NCBI GenBank assembly: GCA_020137815.1
Contig: CM035351.1
Span: 9,610,001-9,674,000 of the forward strand
DNA length: 64,000 nucleotides
Reading direction: 5' to 3'
Source of the DNA: Hormiphora californensis
Lineage: Eukaryota; Animalia; Ctenophora
Part shown: positions 35,284-48,300 of the stretch, one piece after another
How positions within the stretch are numbered: position 1 is the stretch's first letter
Layout: the number at the start of each line of letters is the position of its first letter
Program-made: the position numbers and the translations under genes
Notes under the pieces: model-generated
Seen by the model: the letters and a program-made list of their open reading frames with translations, nothing else
Told to the model about the DNA's origin: nothing
Database searches by the model: none

Positions 35284-38200
35284 CTAGTTGACAATGGATG
35301 TTGCGAATATTTGTTGCAGAACTGTCGGAATCTCTTTAGTATCCATAGTAACGAAACTCCGTCCACTTGGCAACACTTTCCGTAACCTGGGAGAGATGAA
35401 AGTGGTTTACCTAAATCGAATTCTACATCTGCCAGCTAGATCTGATGACAATTTGCCTGGCTAGACTGTGTGTAAAGGGAGGGTTAGAACATAACAAAGG
35501 ACAATTACACTTACTGTTGTGCTTCGTTTCCGATAGAGCCTATAAATATCATGAATACTGATACGTTTGGATCAGAGTTCATTGCATCGCCAATGGCAGA
35601 GGGTCGTATCATGTAGCGTTTCAGATTGGCATCACTGAAAATATGAGAAAGATTGGTATGGTGGTCCTCAATATTCCCTATTCCCATGAATCGTATCAAT
35701 CATATTGGGATAATTATTTCTTTAACTATTTCTATATACAGAATAAGTGTATACTGCTCAACCATATCACTGGGTGTAATTATAATATGACAATTGAATT
35801 TTACTAATGACTTCTCCCTTTTCTACAACCTCTCTTCTCATATTTCCTAGATTTCTTTGTCTTGCTAGTTAAATGTATGAACAATACAAAGATTCCTGCT
35901 CCAAGTTGTTCCATCTGGCACACTCACTTTCTACCATTATATTTAGTTTTCAGAATGAAATGTGTCTTATTATACCTATAGAGCTGTGATTTAACTAGAG
36001 AGAATGTACAGTTTATGAAGTTTATAGTGTTTGTGGGGGGGGGGGGGGGTTCCAACCTATTTGTTGTACGTTTGTACGAAAAAAAACACGGGTTTCCTCA
36101 AACAAAAAAATACAAAAAAATACAAAAAAATACAAAAAAATACAAAAAAGTACAAAAAAAATACAAAAAAATACAAAAAAATAAAACGGGGTATAAACGA
36201 TTAAACAAAGCTTTTCTGATCGTTGAAACTTTAGTTGATGATCATAATTGTGTCATAAATTCCTATTAAACTGTGGTTTCATACAAAATTAGCAACTTTT
36301 TCTTATAATTGGAAGATAAAAACATGTTTTAATCATGTTTTAATTGTTCTTTATCAAAACACAAGGAAATATTCTATTCAAAATCAATGATGTTTACTTT
36401 TTCGAATTTCGAATGAAAGATAATAATTACACGACAAACGTTCCTAGGTGGTACATTAGGACAAAAGGAACCCGTCCATGAACTTTTACTAGGCACCCAC
36501 CTCCATAATTTGTTGTGCTTTTTTTTGTGCTGTTTGTACGAAAAATTGGAATTTCTAAGAGAGAAAATCTTTCCAAATCGAACTTTCTATCCAAGAAAGT
36601 ATTATCGAATCGCAATTTCTAAGCGAGAGAAATTTTCCCGAATCGTAATTTCTTACCGAGAAATTTTTTTTGAATCGTATTTTCTAAGCGAGAAATTTCC
36701 CCGAATCGCAATTTCTTACCGAGAAAATTTTCTCGAATCGTATTTTCTAAGCGAGAAATTTCCTAGCATCGCAATTTCTTACCGAGAAAATTTTCTCGAA
36801 TCGTATTTTCTAAGCGAGATATTTCCCCGAATCCCAATTTCTTACCGAAAAAATTTCTCGAATCGTATTTCTAAGCAAAAAATTTCTCCAAATCGCAATT
36901 TTTACCGAGAAAATTATCCCGAATCGAAATTAGTACCGAGAAAGTGATCTCCAACTGAGAAAATTTTCTCGTAATCGTAACGGTAATCTGAATCAACTGT
37001 CAGGCCAATGCTCTGACCACAGTTCTCGCGCGCTCCGTTTTTTTAGAATTTCAAAAACGTGTACTTTTACACACTTTTTTAGTATGTAATTTTAGCAGGA
37101 AAATGGACGACAATGGAACTAAAAACGTTCATATATATGATAGATGGTACATGAACATAAACGGAACCCAGCTATGTATTATTCATACTTTTATCAGGCA
37201 CCCACATCCTTCATTATTTTTTTGTATTTTTTTGTATTGTTTGTATGGAAAAAAACAGGAATTTCGGATACTTTTATGTATGGTCCGTACAAAACCGTAC
37301 AAAACCGTACAAAAAAATAGGTTGGAACCCCCCTGTTTGTGTCTCTCACCTGAATGCAATTACAATACGTTCATCAGCCTCAGGGACAGATGCAGCATGG
37401 GTGATTGCTCGTTGTAGCCCAGTCACTGAATTGTCACCACTCCAACAAAACTGGGAATGAGCATGCATCTCCTGAAACAATGGGGAATTGGGGGCTAGCC
37501 GGGGTTATGGGGGCTATATACTAGCCGGGGTTATGGGGGAATAGTGGAGACGTGGCGGACAGGGGGAATTGGGGGCTAGCCGGGGTTATGGGGGAATAGT
37601 GGAGACGTGGAGACCAGGGGGCTAGCCGGGGTTATGGGGGAATAGTGGAGACGTGGCGGACAGGGGGAATTGGGGGCTAGCCGGGGTGATGGGGGAATAG
37701 TGGAGACGTGGCGGACAGGGGGAATTGGGGGCTAGCCGGGGTTATGGGGGAATAGTGGAGACGTGGAGACCAGGGGGCTAGCCGGGGTTATGGGGGGCTA
37801 GCCGGGGTGATGGGGGCTATATACTAGCCTGGGGTGATGGGGGCTAGCTGGGGTGATGGGGGCTATATACTAGCCGGGGTGATGGGGGCTAGCCGGGGTG
37901 ATGGGGGAATAGTGGAGACGTGGCGGACAGGGGGCTAGCCGGGGTTATGGGGGAATTATAATTGGGGGCTAGCCGGGGTTATGGGGGAATAGTGGAGACG
38001 TGGCGGACAGGGGGAAATGGGGGCTAGCCGGGGTTATGGGGGAATAGTGGAGACGTGGCGGACAGGGGGAATTGGGGGCTAGCCGGGGTGATGGAGGAAT
38101 AGTGGAGACGTGGCGAACAGGGGGAAATGGGGGCTAGCCGGGGTTATGGGGGAATAGTGGAGACGTGGCGGACAGGGGGAATTGGGGGCTAGCCGGGGTT

Positions 38201-41200
38201 ATGGGGGCTATATACTAGCCGGGGTGATGGGGGCTAGCCGGGGTTATGGGGGAATAGTGGAGACGTGGCGGACAGGGGGAATTGGGGGCTAGCCGGGGTG
38301 ATGGGGGAATAGTGGAGACGTGGCGAACAGGGGGAATTGGGGGCTAGCCGGGGTTATGGGGGAATAGTGGAGACGTGGAGACCAAGGGGCTAGCCGGGGT
38401 TATGGGGGAATAGTGGAGACGTGGTGGACAGGGGGAGAGGTGGCGGACAGGGGGAGACGTGGAGGCCAGGGGAGACGTGGAGACCAGGGGGAGAGGTGGA
38501 GGCCAGGGGGAGACGTGGAGGTCAGGGGGAGAGGCGATGGAGAAAGAAGTTATGGGAAGATGGGGAGGAAGCTATGAAGCTAATGGGGTATCAGGTGAAA
38601 GTTTCTCAGCTGGTATGTACAGCTGGGCCGGCTCTATTTCTATCCACCCAGCTGTGTATGTGCTACAATAGGGGCTTACTAACGTCCTCAGTTCCCTTAT
38701 ATATACTTATGTGCATATTTAGTAAAGAAAGTTAAAGACACACGAGTGCTATGTCATCTCCAGAGACTAGAGAGATAGTTTCTAAAGGGAGCTGCTGTCG
38801 ATTTTCATTGTGTGGTCGAGACAGTTAGATATTCTATGTGGTCTACCTCGATAAGTTGTAGTCTCTCCTTCTCATTGGCAGGGGTTTTATCGCGAGATAG
38901 AAATGTGATGTGAGGATCCTCCCCACTATGCCCTATGATGTCGTATCGGACTCGTTTCTGTGCCCCTTGTAGACCCTCCATCACCATCACCAGGACCTCT
39001 AGTTGCCGCTGTAGTCGCTGGTCCAATCCGTTAAACCTGTGCAATGAGATGATGTTATGACATTTCTACACCAGTCATATCCAGAGTTTTCATTTCTTCT
39101 CCGGGTCAGGGTGGTGGTAGAGCAATTAGTTTCTACCTCACCTCAATAATCAAACTTTTCAAAACTAATTTGAAATGAACCTGAGATGAGGTAGAAACTC
39201 AATAGTTATTGCATTACAATATATCTTCATCGTTGACCTGCCCAAAGAGGATCTGTCAGGCCAATGCATCTAACAGAAGAGGATACGGAAACTATGATCA
39301 TTAGAACAAGATAATTAGATTCGTTTAACTACTACCGACCCACATCATAACTAAATCGTGCTAATTTAAATTAGAGATGTAAAAGGAATAATTGCCATTT
39401 TGTTTTATGTGAGTCTAACTGTGAAGTGTGAATGGAAATAGGACACATTTTGTTTTGCAATCATTTGCTTTGGTGGGCTCCAATTCTAGCTAACACATAC
39501 AGATACTATTAATATTACTATTAGCAATGTGATAACGTGGTATGTCACACTGTATAACCGTGATAGGTAACAGTGTGTTCTCACAACAGGTGGTTCAGTG
39601 ATTGTTGGTACAGTAGGAGTGATTATATAATGATTTTGTTGGTAATGCAATGTCTGACATGTCAAACTCAGACTATTTCCTGCAATAAATCATCAAGTCT
39701 CAGTTTGTCCCAATTCAACACATCACCAAGGGGGCAAAATGAGAGAAATTGTTGAATGAGTAAAGAAATGAAGAAAATTTAGTTAGACGGTGAGAGAGGA
39801 AGATAATTTTTGACAAGAAAACACGTGAGGCGTCCTGAATCGGGGTATAAGTAACACTGTTACTTACAGTGATCTCAGCGGAGGTCAGTCTGCCGTCGAT
39901 ACCAGTTTTTTGGGGAATATCAATGTAGTGTCTATCTAATGTAGTGTCAATTGAGAACATTACACATTTAATACATATTTTGTAGCGAGCAGTGTGTATT
40001 GATTGATAAGGAGGTTCTACTATAGTTTAGTGTCTGGTATTCTCCGGTACTAATACAATGTCCAGGAAACCATGTAGCCCACATAGCGGGTCCAACGCCG
40101 CAGTTGTTAGCCCCTCATTGCCTGTTGCGATACGTGGGCGGCTACCCCCCTCTCTCTCTCTCACCTGTACATGCTGCCAGACACATCTACTAGAAGGGTG
40201 AGGTGCTTTGGTTGATCCATTTTCAGCCCTTGGTCTCCATCAGGTCTTCCCCTTCTCTTGTATACACTCCTCTCGCCAACTAGTCCTGATGGTGATTAGT
40301 TAGTACTCAGCTGGCAATGACCCCCCCCCCCCCCCCCGCATGTTGAGTCACCGGCTATGTATTAGGGAGGTCCTGACACCTGCCATGCAGGGAAGAATGA
40401 GTCGTCACATTTTGAGTACAATATGTGCCGTACTTTGAGTGTTAAAACTGTTTGTGTTAGATTCTACTTTTTAATTATCCCAATTATTGATTTCACTTAC
40501 CCTCTACTAGTTTTGTGTCATCAAATTCTCCATCAGTTTGGTTTTTCAGCCATATTCTATCTCCCTCTTTTGCCGTGAGCCCATTCACCAGCTAGATATA
40601 GAGGAAGGGGAGTGGATTAAGCCTTGAGGGTTGGGAATATAAATATGTTAGAAAACAAAGTTCTACAACATAAAAAGTAGTTACAGTTAGTTACATAACG
40701 ATACATCTATAGTATATTATTCCTATACATTTGTCTATCAGCTATCTAGTGGGGTTAAATATGGAATTTGAGGCTGAAACGCATTGTTTAATTTCAAAGT
40801 TGGATCTTTTTTCATTAAACTTTTCTGCGTGAACTGTCGTGCTTTCCCGTCTTTTTTCCTACGCCCTCGACCAGAATTGGATGGCCCAGGTCCATCTGAG
40901 TTTTCCTTGTTATCTACCACTTTCTCTCCCCCATTCCGTGCCCCGCCGCGACCTCTCCTTGGTCCCCTAGTGACCTTTTTCTCCTTCTTCTTCGTCTCAA
41001 TTCCAGAGGGAGTGAAGAGTTGGAGATCGTAGTACCCAACAACTGGAGTGTTGTGCACAAAATGTAAATAGACATTCCATTCCCTGCAACATGCACAGAA
41101 ACATAGCCGGGGACAAGAACGGGAGTAGAACTCGCTCCGAGGGGGGTCCAGATAAAGTTTCCATTGGTTACAGCAAGAGCAATAACATTGAGGTTTTGAA

Positions 41201-42321
41201 GGCGGGGGCTTGATGGGGATAGCATACTCTTTCTTTATTTCACAAAATTGAGCTTTCGTCAAAGGCAGTTTGGAGGGCGGGGAGCTGGATCGAAGGAGGG
41301 AAGGAGACGGGAGAGGAGGGAGGGCTGACAGAAGACTGTCCTCAGGGTTGCCTGGGGTGGTGAAGAATGATCCAAAATATCGATGAGCCTCCTCCATAAA
41401 AACCTCCTGTTCCCCATTGAATGGCTGTAATAGTTGGGCCTTAGGACTCTTCTGACAAGGGCTCCTCTGGTAGGGGCTAAAGGCACTTTTAACTTTGTCA
41501 TCTCCTCTACTCTCATTAAGGGTCATCAGTAACTTGTTAATTGATTTGGGGCTGGGATCTCGTAGCGTGGGATTCTCTTTTGACAAATCCATTGCAAACA
41601 ACACGCACTCAAAACAGATGTAAAAGACGAATGTGTAAAGATGCGACGGGGAGAGGTTCCGTAACCAAGCAACGAGAGTGGGGAGGTGATTGCCGCGCGT
41701 ACAATGTACGATACATTGTACACACTCGCGCGGCGCTATTCCCACGTGCCAGATTTGACTGAGCTCACCATTGAGACCAGGGAGAGAGGGAGGGAAAGAG
41801 AGTCAAAAGAGCTTTCATATTATCGACCTGTTGCTTATTACTATTATTAGAACTGGCTCACAATACGTCATACGAGATCTGACAATTAGGTTTTGTATTG
41901 TTTGGACTCTTTTGTCTACACGAGAACAATAGAAGATATTACAACTCTCCCAGGCTGAGAGAGAACACATGCAAACTGGTACGTGCCAGTAGTAGTGTAG
42001 TTACCTTGTAGTTTCAAATGTAATGGCGGTCAGTTCTTATACAATGTTGTTTTTAGGAGCTCTCTAAAACATAACGTAAAGCTGCCATCCCTTTGTTATG
42101 TTCTAACCCTCTTTTAATACATTTGTTTTCTGGGCGTGGCGCGGGAAACAGGGTCGAGTAAGGCAACCATCCCTATCATCTTGAATAGTATTACAACTCA
42201 AGGGGGGAACTCAAGTTGAGATATAGAGTTGTAAGTGTATACTGTATCTCAAGGGGTCAATTATACAGTTGCCTTAACAACAACCATAGAAAACTCTCTC
42301 TCTCTATCTCTCTCTCTCTCA

Positions 42322-42357
<36 letters not shown>

Positions 42358-45300
42358 TGTGACAGTGTCCAGGAGTGTAAACTCTCTCTCTTTCCAACTC
42401 GTTGTCCAGATCGCGATGGTTCCCCATGTTCCCTTGACCGATGGTCTGGTTATGCGCCCACATTATCACACCTCATTCCTATGCTGGGTGTTAACTATTT
42501 CCATTATTTTAGGACCATGGCAGTCTACACGGATAAGTGGATGGATATTCTGCAGTCGGCTGTTATGTGCCCTCTCATCGCTTTATCCATCCTTCTAAAT
42601 ATTGTGGTAACTATACAACTTGTTCCCTACATCACAGTTGTCTGGCAGTTATAATATCAATTCTCTCATTGCAGGTTATATTATCAACCCTCACATATCT
42701 CATTGCAGGTTATATTGAAATACCAAGTGTGGACTAACAAGACAGTCCCTGCGTTTCTAATAACAGGTGTATCTATAACTGACATACTGAAGGGTATTGC
42801 CTACACTCCCAACATCTACTATCTACTATCTTCCCATGAATATCTAGACAGTGAACCAGGTATGAAATACAAGTTATCTGATCTGGTGACAGTGACAACA
42901 CAATGACAACACTATGATAACACAATGATAACACGAACTTATCCCTGCAGCTACGTTTTTGCAGAGATTCCAGTTGAACTTTATGGCAGTAGGAATCAGA
43001 TCTTGTCTATGGTTTACTCTGGCCCTCAGTATAGAAAGGTTGATGCAGATGAAGCGCCCAGCTACCGGACCTCGCAATATAACTTCACGGCAGAGATGTG
43101 GTTACCTCATGGGCCTTGGATTTATTGTGTTGGAGGTGTCCATGGTGCCCATTTTCAATGTATTAGTTTTTGGATCTAATTCACTTTGGTACAGCCAGCT
43201 GCAGGTAGCTTTGAATGAAGATCCAAGAATGAGCACGATCTTTATAGCAGAGTGGTCAATTATCTGCCTCATTTGTTTTGCAATAGGAGTTTGGACGGCA
43301 GTTGTGATCCGAAGTTACATGAAGGGCCAGACAGAGCACAGTGATAAGAGGTTACGACACAGTGCTAACACCGTCCTTATTTTGTCAGCAAACACACTCC
43401 TTTTCTCGCTTTACCTGGTATCTATACAGGTCATATTAAAGAAAACTAGGAAGGGACAGCATGAAAAAGTGCGCATTTCGCCGTCGGGTTGTTGGACAAG
43501 TTTTTTAGTTTGGCTGCCTTTAGTTATTAGCGCTGTTATAAGTCCCTTAATTTTAATAAGACGGAACAAAATAAGCGTAAAGGGAACTTTCTCAAGGAGC
43601 ATTGACCTCCACTCTAATGCGACCTAGGTGATGACAATTACATGGGCCTCATTTTACCTGCTTTAAGGAGGAGATCTGGGGACGGACGGCGTTGTAAAAT
43701 GTGCCATACCGTTCCGAATCGTATTCTGACATTTTTATTTCTTTGAGACGCTTTTCAAATTCCCTTTTACCCATCTCACGTGCTGCCCTTTTAACCTAAA
43801 CGAAGATTGAATAATGTGTTTGTTAACAATTGACTTATAAAACATTAGGGGGTATGTATAATCTCAGATAATTAATCTGGATATGTACCTCGTCAGGAAT
43901 ATCGTCTTTCTCTGCGTCACTGAGCTGGTGAACGTTGTGTCCAGCATCCAGTCTATAGGGGCCACCCTTACCCCCGAGCCCCGCAGTGTCTCTCCCACCA
44001 GTACCACCTGCCCAAGTATTACCCCCAACATGAGGGGCTCCCGTGGGGTCCACTTTGCCGTGTTTAGGCCCAGACACATTGAGACCACTGGTGCGCTCTA
44101 TATTCACATCACGGGAGGGCTCCCCCACCATTGTTCGCCATTTGGCGAGGGAGGTGGCTAGGGTGGCTTCGGAGAGTTCCCACTTCTGTAGGTAGCCCGT
44201 GGGTGTCAGGGTGTGGGGATAGGGATTAGCTGTTATTAGCAGGCTGCTATCCGATCTGAGAATAGGGAGGGATCTTAAAGAGTCAATTACTTAGAGAACA
44301 CGTTGGGGAGGGATCTTAAAGAGTCAATTACTTAGAGAACACGTTGGGGAGGGATCTTAAAGAATCAATTACTTAGAGAACACGTTAGGGGGATCGTAAA
44401 GAATCAATTACTTAGAGAACACGTTAGGGGGATCGTAAAGAGTCAATTACTTAGAGAACACGTTAGGGAGGGATCTTAAAGAGTCAATTAATTAGAGAAC
44501 ACGTTGGGGAGGGATCTTAAAGAATCAATTACTTAGAGAACACGTTAGGGGGATCGTAAAGAATCAATTACTTAGAGAACACGTTAGGGGGGATCGTAAA
44601 GAATCAATTACTTAGAGAACACGTTAGGGGGATCGTAAAGAATCAATTACTTAGAGAACACGTTAGGGGGGATCGTAAAGAATCAATTACTTAGAGAACA
44701 CGTTAGGGGGATCGTAAAGAATTAATTACTTAGAGAACACGTTAGGGGGATCGTAAAGAATCAATTACTTGTTTTGCAGGTTAGGCAGGGGGATGTAGGA
44801 GGCTGTATTTCCATTGATGTCCAGAACACTAAGGTGTGCAACTCCCGTATCACTACCAATAGTAGAAGGTGTTACATCAGGTACCAGGTCTCTAGTTAGA
44901 CCAATTGCTAATCCCCTCACCAAAACTAAAGGTGTTGCAGATGGGAGCTCCTGGAGGTAGAGAAACAACTAAAACTAGAATCAATTAAAAATAGAATCAA
45001 TTAAAAAACAATTAGTAATGGGAATGTGGGGAAATACCTTATCTGCAAGTTGGTACATCAAAGCCTCCTCATCTTGCCATTCTGTTACAAGTATTCTCCT
45101 GTCCCTACCCAATACCTGTCTTGGCACCTGACCACTCTCTACCCTATCTGACAACCAGTAGTCGATAGAGCCCCTCAGGTCTAGTTTACTAGATGAGTAT
45201 CGTCCTGCAATTGCTAACATTAGTTGAGTCGCCTGACACACACGTGCTGCTGCTTGTAGTTACCCATTAGTGGGATCATGTTTGGGAGTTTACCATGCTG

Positions 45301-48300
45301 GAAAGTAATCTTGTAGTTTGATCCATCTGCACAGGTAGCAATGACTGTATCAGGGGACTGTACGTGTATAGTTGATATTTCCCCGCCAGGAACAGTACAC
45401 TCCTCTAACTAGATGGAGGGGGTGGTGAGGTAGGGAGGGAGGGAAGGGAGGGAAGTGAGGGAGGGAGGGAGGGAGGGAGGGATGGGGTGGTGAGGTTGGG
45501 AGGGGTGGAGGGATGGGGTGGTGAGGTTGGGAGGGGTGGAGGGAGGGAGGGAGGGGTGGAGGGAGGGAGGGAGGGAGGGAGGGAGGGAGGGAGGGAGGGA
45601 GGGAGGGAGGGAGGGAGGGAGGGAGGGAGGGAGGGAGGGAGGGAGGGAGGGAGGGAGGGAGGGAGGGAGGGAGGGAGGGAGGGAGGGAGGGAGGGAGGGA
45701 GGGAGGGAGGGAGGGAGGGAGGGAGGGAGGGAGGGAGGGAGGGAGGGAGGGATAAGGGAGGGATGGAGGGAGGGAGGGAGGGAGTGAGGGAGGGAGGGAG
45801 GGAGGGAGTGAGGGAGGGAAGTGACGGAGGGAGGGGTGGAGGGAGGGAAGGGAGGGAAGTGAGGGAGGGATGGTGAGGTAGGGAAGTGAGGGAGGGGTGG
45901 AGGGAGGAATGGGGTGAGGGACGGCCGGTGAAGGAGGAGTGGAGGGAGGGTGATGGAGGGAGGGAAGTGAGTGAGTGAGGGGTTAGGGAGGGAAGTGAGG
46001 GGTGCGGGAGGGAGGGAGGGAGGGATGGGGTGGTGAGGTTGGGAGGGGTGGAGGTCGGGAGGGGTGGAGGGAGGGAGGGAGGGAGGGAGGGAGGGAGGGA
46101 GGGAGTGAGGGAGGGAGGGAGGGAGGGAGGGAGGGAGGGAGGTTGGGAGGGAGGGAGGGAGGGAGGGAGGGAGGGAGGGAGGGAGGGAGGGAGGGAGGGA
46201 GGGAGGGAGGGAGGGAGGGAGGGAGGGAGGGAGGGAGGGAGGGAGGGAGGGAGGGAGGGAGGGAGGGAGGGAGGGAGGGAGGGAGGGAGGGAGGGAGGGA
46301 GGGAGGGAGGGAGGGAGGGAGTGAGGGAGGGAAGTGACGGAGGGAGGGGTGGAGGGAGGGAAGGGAGGGAAGTGAGGGAGGGGTGGTGAGGTAGGGAAGT
46401 GAGGGAGGGGTGGAGGGAGGAATGGGGTGAGGGACAGCCGGTGAAGGAGGAGTGGAGGGAGGGTGATGGAGGGAGGGAAGTGAGTGAGTGAGGGGTTAGG
46501 GAGGGAAGTGAGGGGTGCGGGAGGGAGGGAGGGTGAGGGAGAGGCTGGTAGGAGCCAAATGTGACTAGATATTAGAAACTTACACTATTGTTTGAGGGAT
46601 GGTATCTAGAGAGGTAGTTGTTATTGACCAACCAACAATGCTCCCCTCCCAATCCCTGATACACTTTATATCCAGCATTCTTCCTTCCTCCCTGTAGAAC
46701 AGTCCTCACTCTACTGGGATCCAGTCTGTAGGCGCTGCTGGAGTCCGTCTCTAGTACAATCAGAGTCTCCGACTATTGAGAGAGAATTAGAAACCCACAA
46801 AGATTGGGGGAGGGGGGTAACTCACCGTTAGGTCTGATATAACAACATGGGTTCCACATGCAGCTGCTGATATTTTGGGTCTGTATGCGAGGGCTGGGGA
46901 CATATCAATTGCAGATACCTCTGTCTGCCCCTCTCTCACTGTGTATACAACGTGTGGGTTGCTACTGACACAGTGAAACATACCTCCCTCTTCACCTGCA
47001 GTAGGTAACGTTAGGTCATGTTAACTGATGTTGTTAACTACGTTACCTTCAAGGAAGTGTGTATATTTGGTACCCGATCTGGGAAGGGGAAGTTGTCGCC
47101 CACTCACTCTCTCACTGAACAACTCTGCCCTGTCATGCCTAACAGGACAGTCCACAGTGTAGTGTGACATGATAAAAGGGCCCTGATGGGGATGATACTG
47201 TAACCTCTCCTAGTACTGGAAACATATAGCACGTGGTTATACCCCCTTCCCTACTAACAGATCGCAACCCAGATCCAACTTACCCGTCGTCTCATTGAGC
47301 TATTAGAGAGTTTGCCCCGACTCACAGGTCCTATCTTGACATTCTCTATCAGCTTTGGAGGTTCCGATAGGGGGTACCTAGGGAGTGCAGGTGTAAAATA
47401 CGGAAGTACCACTTCAATTTCGAGTTCCACATCTCAGTTCAGGGGCCCGGGGAGACATGTGCTGCGCGACGTGGTCTACATGCGAGACTCCGCGCGCTAC
47501 GTTGAAACATCAGAAAATTGTGGGACAGACCCCGGGTCCCACGAGTTGAGTTGAACTTCTTTTGAACGAGTCGAGAAGAGAGAAAACACGTAATTTTCAG
47601 TCGAAAATAACTCGAATACAGAAAATGGCACACTGAGAGTCTCTCACCGTTTAGCTATGTTTGTTGCTGGCTTTGCGCCAAAAGGAATGCCGTGTTTATG
47701 TAAAATAGAGACAATTGATTCCCAAATATCACCGTCTTGCTGCTCAAAGTCGAGAACATTACACAACGCCGCTGTTACCCCGTCCTCTGGGTAGGCCTAG
47801 GAAGGAGGTTTGATAATGGAATCTGTAATAATGACTGTAGTCTGTATGTATGATTGTTAATGTTCGGGCACGTTATAACACACCCGGCCCGGTTTGGAAA
47901 TAAAAGGGCAGTATTTTGTGAGCCACACTCACCTGTATATGCTTGACTATGTTGACCAGTTCACGTGTACTGTAGGGATATAAAAACATTCCAGTGGTAG
48001 ACATCTCTCTCAACTCTCCAAAGGATCTAATTAGCCGCTCCAGAAGATCCTTGCCCACATCTGGACCATACTTCTGGAGAAGCGCCAGTTCTGAATGAAA
48101 GTCTGGGTTGTCAATAGCATGGCAACTTAGCAAGTCTCCCATCACTGAGAAGAAATCATTGCCCAGAAAGGGGAACCCAGGTCTGTTGGCAAGGAACACT
48201 ACTCTGAAATCAGGATGACATTTCACAATCTTGTCCCCTTCTTGCCCCATCCAGGTATGAGGGACTATCTTCCTTCCATCGGCCAGCCACATGGACCCAG

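Noticed and set aside
36510-36947. 145-aa repetitive ORF
   Set aside because: Internal tandem repeat of a non-autonomous transposon, with no transposase motifs.
39040-40160. Possible third nested gene in a VWA8 intron
   Set aside because: Only short ORFs without recognisable motifs.
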